Shown: in pieces, positions 23,879 through 26,342 of the stretch
How positions within the stretch are numbered: the stretch's first letter is position 1
How the letters are laid out: the number at the start of each line of letters is the position of its first letter
DNA from: Flavobacteriales bacterium
GTDB lineage: Bacteria; Bacteroidota; Bacteroidia; Flavobacteriales; BACL11
Length of the DNA: 26,342 bases
Direction of reading: 5' to 3'
NCBI GenBank assembly: GCA_018675825.1
Contig: JABGXK010000130.1
Span: 1-26,342 of the forward strand
The notes under the pieces: generated by a model
The model's input: the letters and a program-made list of their open reading frames with translations, nothing else
What the model was told of the DNA's origin: nothing
Databases searched by the model: none
Translations under genes and position numbers: made by a program

Positions 23879-24463
23879 TTGAATAAAAAATATTATATAG
23901 AAAAAAAAGATCTTGATTTATTACCTGAATCATATAAGTCTTTAGCTGTTATTTATGCTAGTAATTATGATCTAATACAGTCTAAACAGAAGCTGGTTAT
24001 TGATTTAAATGATAGAATTACACAAGAAAATATTGAATTGTCCAATCTTAATAATGCTAATAATATATTATATAATCAACTAAAATTTATTAAAAAAAGT
24101 TATGTACCTAAAGTGTATTTAAAGGTATACAAGAAGAAAAATAATTCACAATTATATGTTCATGTTATAATAAAATATTTTAATGTTTCTAAAACAGTTT
24201 ATTTGGGAAAGAGAGATGTTATTATTACTAAATTGTCAGATAAGATTAAGTCCTTTAAAATTAATAACTTTTCTAAAAAACTTAAAAGTTATTTGCAGCC
24301 TATTGTAAGGCTTTACTGTACTCGTTTTACTAGTCAATCTAGTTTTATTAATTCTAAAATTAATTCAACTATTCTTTTTACAGATTTTGATAGTTCAGTT
24401 ACTAATGTTGATGATAAATTTAGCTTTAGTGATTATTTAAGATCTTTATCTGCTTCAGATTAA
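23879..24463 (+). CDS. Hypothetical basic protein (coiled coil plus Lys/Tyr-rich beta region)
   Basis: 194-codon open frame in very AT-rich DNA, TTG start, upstream promoter box, and a stop overlapping the S41 peptidase stop. Confidence 0.65.
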   Translation: MNKKYYIEKKDLDLLPESYKSLAVIYASNYDLIQSKQKLVIDLNDRITQENIELSNLNNANNILYNQLKFIKKSYVPKVYLKVYKKKNNSQLYVHVIIKYFNVSKTVYLGKRDVIITKLSDKIKSFKINNFSKKLKSYLQPIVRLYCTRFTSQSSFINSKINSTILFTDFDSSVTNVDDKFSFSDYLRSLSASD

Positions 24464-25998
24464 TTTGATGTTTGCATAATCTCTAATCCTTTTTTGACAT
24501 ATTTGTCATCCTCTATCATTATTCTGTAATAATCTTTATTCCCCCATAAATTTCTTGAAATATTTGCCATAACCTGCTTCTTTATAAATCTCATATCATC
24601 ATCCTTTATATTTTGATTAAAACTAGAATCTTTTTTATTGATATATGCAAGAAATTGATTATAGATAATATCCTCTATTTTGTTTATGTATTCTTTTCTG
24701 TTTGTTATTTTTTTAATATTCTTTCTGTTTAGATCAGAATATTTCATTGAAAATTCTCTAATCCATCCGTTTGCAATAATTTTATTTATTGTTTTATAGT
24801 CTAAGAATGTATCTTTTTCTATAATTATATCTGGATTTATACCGCCTCCACCAAAAACTATCCTTCCTTTTTTTGTTTTAAATTTTAGTGAATCTGGTAG
24901 TATTGAATCGTTTCTTAAATATTGCTCAAGATAATATTCATTTATGTTTCCGCCATAACTTTTTTGTATTGATCTTCCTGATGGCGTATAATATCGTTGT
25001 GTTGTTAATCTAATTGCTGACCCATCTTGAAGTTTAATTTCTTCTTGAACCAAACCTTTCCCAAATGATCTTCTGCCAATAATAGTTCCCCTATCATTAT
25101 CTTGTACTGCTCCAGATATAATTTCAGATGCTGATGCTGAACCTTCATTAATTAAAACTACCAATTTAATATCCTCTAGTAATCTACTACTGCTAGCAGC
25201 TATTTTTGTTTCTTCTCTATTCCTTCCTTTTGTGTATACAATAGGATCGCCATCAATTATGAAATGATCACAAATATTTATTGCTGCGCTTAAATATCCT
25301 CCTGGGTTATCTCTTAAATCAAGTATTAGTTCTTTCATACCTGCTTCTAGGAGTTTAGTCGTTTCTTTAGTAAATTCAGAACTTGTTTTAGCTGAGAATC
25401 TATTTAGCTTTAAGAAGCCAGTTGTTTTTGTAATCATCATAGAGACATCCACACTATTTAATGGAATGGTATTTCTAATAATTTCAAATTCAATTATTTG
25501 CTTTATATTTCTTCTTTTTACTTTGATGTTTACTGTTGTGCCTTTCACCCCCCTAAGTCTTTTGACTACACCGCTATTTTCAATACCTATTCCCGCAATA
25601 TTGATGCTATCCACTTCAATTATACGATCTCCTGAAAGGACCCCTAATTTTTCAGAAGGACCTCCGTTGATAGGAGAGACTACAACTATTGTGTCTTCAA
25701 TAATATTAAACTCTATCCCAATTCCGCTGAAATCCCCTAACATGTTTTCTTTTACTGCCTGATAGTCTTTTTGAGGTATATATGTAGTATGTGGATCTAG
25801 ATCTTTTAAAATAGAATTAATAATATTTTCTTCAAAATCTTCACCTATACTATCAACATAATGAGAATTAATTAGTTGTAGTATAGCATTTATTTTATCT
25901 TCTTCGTGATTCTTATTTTTTTGAGTAATATTATTTCCTATTACTATACCTATAATAATTAATAATGAAATTACTATAGGTTGGTATTTTTTGTTCAT
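24460..25998 (-). CDS. S41A carboxyl-terminal processing protease (PDZ plus S41)
   Basis: LDPHT, GIGIEF, DLRDNPGG, SASASEI, SFGKGLVQ and YYTPSGRSIQ motifs. Confidence 0.93.
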   Translation of the reverse strand: MNKKYQPIVISLLIIIGIVIGNNITQKNKNHEEDKINAILQLINSHYVDSIGEDFEENIINSILKDLDPHTTYIPQKDYQAVKENMLGDFSGIGIEFNIIEDTIVVVSPINGGPSEKLGVLSGDRIIEVDSINIAGIGIENSGVVKRLRGVKGTTVNIKVKRRNIKQIIEFEIIRNTIPLNSVDVSMMITKTTGFLKLNRFSAKTSSEFTKETTKLLEAGMKELILDLRDNPGGYLSAAINICDHFIIDGDPIVYTKGRNREETKIAASSSRLLEDIKLVVLINEGSASASEIISGAVQDNDRGTIIGRRSFGKGLVQEEIKLQDGSAIRLTTQRYYTPSGRSIQKSYGGNINEYYLEQYLRNDSILPDSLKFKTKKGRIVFGGGGINPDIIIEKDTFLDYKTINKIIANGWIREFSMKYSDLNRKNIKKITNRKEYINKIEDIIYNQFLAYINKKDSSFNQNIKDDDMRFIKKQVMANISRNLWGNKDYYRIMIEDDKYVKKGLEIMQTSN

Positions 25999-26342
25999 TT
26001 CAATAAGTCTAATTTTTTAACTTGTTTTATTGTAACTCCAGCTTCTTTTAAAAAATCTAATCCTGATGTGTCTTTGTATTGGTCTATATAAACTAATCTT
26101 TTAATACCTGCTTGGTGAATGAGTTTACTACAATCTTTACATGGTGAGAGAGTCAGATACAATGTAGCTCCAGAGCAGTTGTGGTTTGATTTTGCAGTTT
26201 TTAAAATTGCATTTGCTTCTGCGTGTAAAACATACCAGTGAGAAATACCTTTGTTATTTTCACAAATATTATTAAAACCAGTTGGGGTTCCATTATATCC
26301 ATCAGATATAATCATATTATTTTTTACTATTAGTGAACCAAC
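25995..26342 (-). CDS. dCMP deaminase family protein (5' end outside the window)
   Basis: VGSLIVKNNMIISDGYNGTP, HAEANAI and PCKDC; the frame stays open to the window edge. Confidence 0.92.
   Translation of the reverse strand, partial: VGSLIVKNNMIISDGYNGTPTGFNNICENNKGISHWYVLHAEANAILKTAKSNHNCSGATLYLTLSPCKDCSKLIHQAGIKRLVYIDQYKDTSGLDFLKEAGVTIKQVKKLDLLK

Noticed and set aside
1996-25762. Short antisense or nested ORFs in the track (1996, 3577, 6780, 7263, 7833, 8223, 9747, 10843, 14365, 14836, 15394, 18730, 21287, 22539, 22839, 25466)
   Set aside because: All lie within well-supported genes on the opposite strand or in another frame and show no motifs; treated as shadow ORFs.
23273-26342. dCMP deaminase plus MazG-like protein as a joint nucleotide-depletion defence module
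   Set aside because: The deaminase is a short housekeeping-type enzyme in its usual pairing with the S41 protease, with no defence-type extra domain visible in the window, and is separated from MazG by other genes.
1-26342. tRNA, rRNA, CRISPR array, IS elements
   Set aside because: Intergenic gaps are short and AT-rich. I saw no cloverleaf, regularly spaced repeat-spacer pattern, terminal inverted repeats or transposase ORF.

Overview
Strongly AT-rich, tightly packed chromosomal segment of a Bacteroidota genome, most likely a Flavobacteriales-like organism. This is inferred from gene content, the panC / glycogen-synthase-like / DUF4270 / glmS synteny, and repeated TAnnTTTG promoter boxes upstream of transcription units. 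Bases 1-19813 are mostly core genes: MsbA-like ABC transporter (partial), rbfA, LolC/E-type permease, dusB, CPBP protease, ExbB-hyp-ExbD-ExbD, Mn-type SOD, a divergent tyrosine/homogentisate cluster (FAH family, hmgA, hppD), bcp, radA, rfaE2, flippase-like, panC, glmS. Bases 24460-26342 carry an S41 protease and a dCMP deaminase (partial). Between them (about 19814-24463), directly after the glmS stop, is an accessory block of small genes, nearly all on the minus strand. Its most striking member is a single-domain voltage-gated channel with the filter TGEDWTD, apparently co-transcribed with a MazG-like NTP pyrophosphatase and a 2-TM microprotein. The block also holds a signal-peptide mini DnaJ-type zinc finger, a VanZ/DUF2809-like membrane ORF without an ATG, an SH3b lipoprotein, and a relic tandem duplication missed by the ORF track. 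In the core part, the LolC/E permease carries an old internal duplication of its first TM helix. I could not support any rRNA, tRNA, CRISPR array, transposase or intact integrase.
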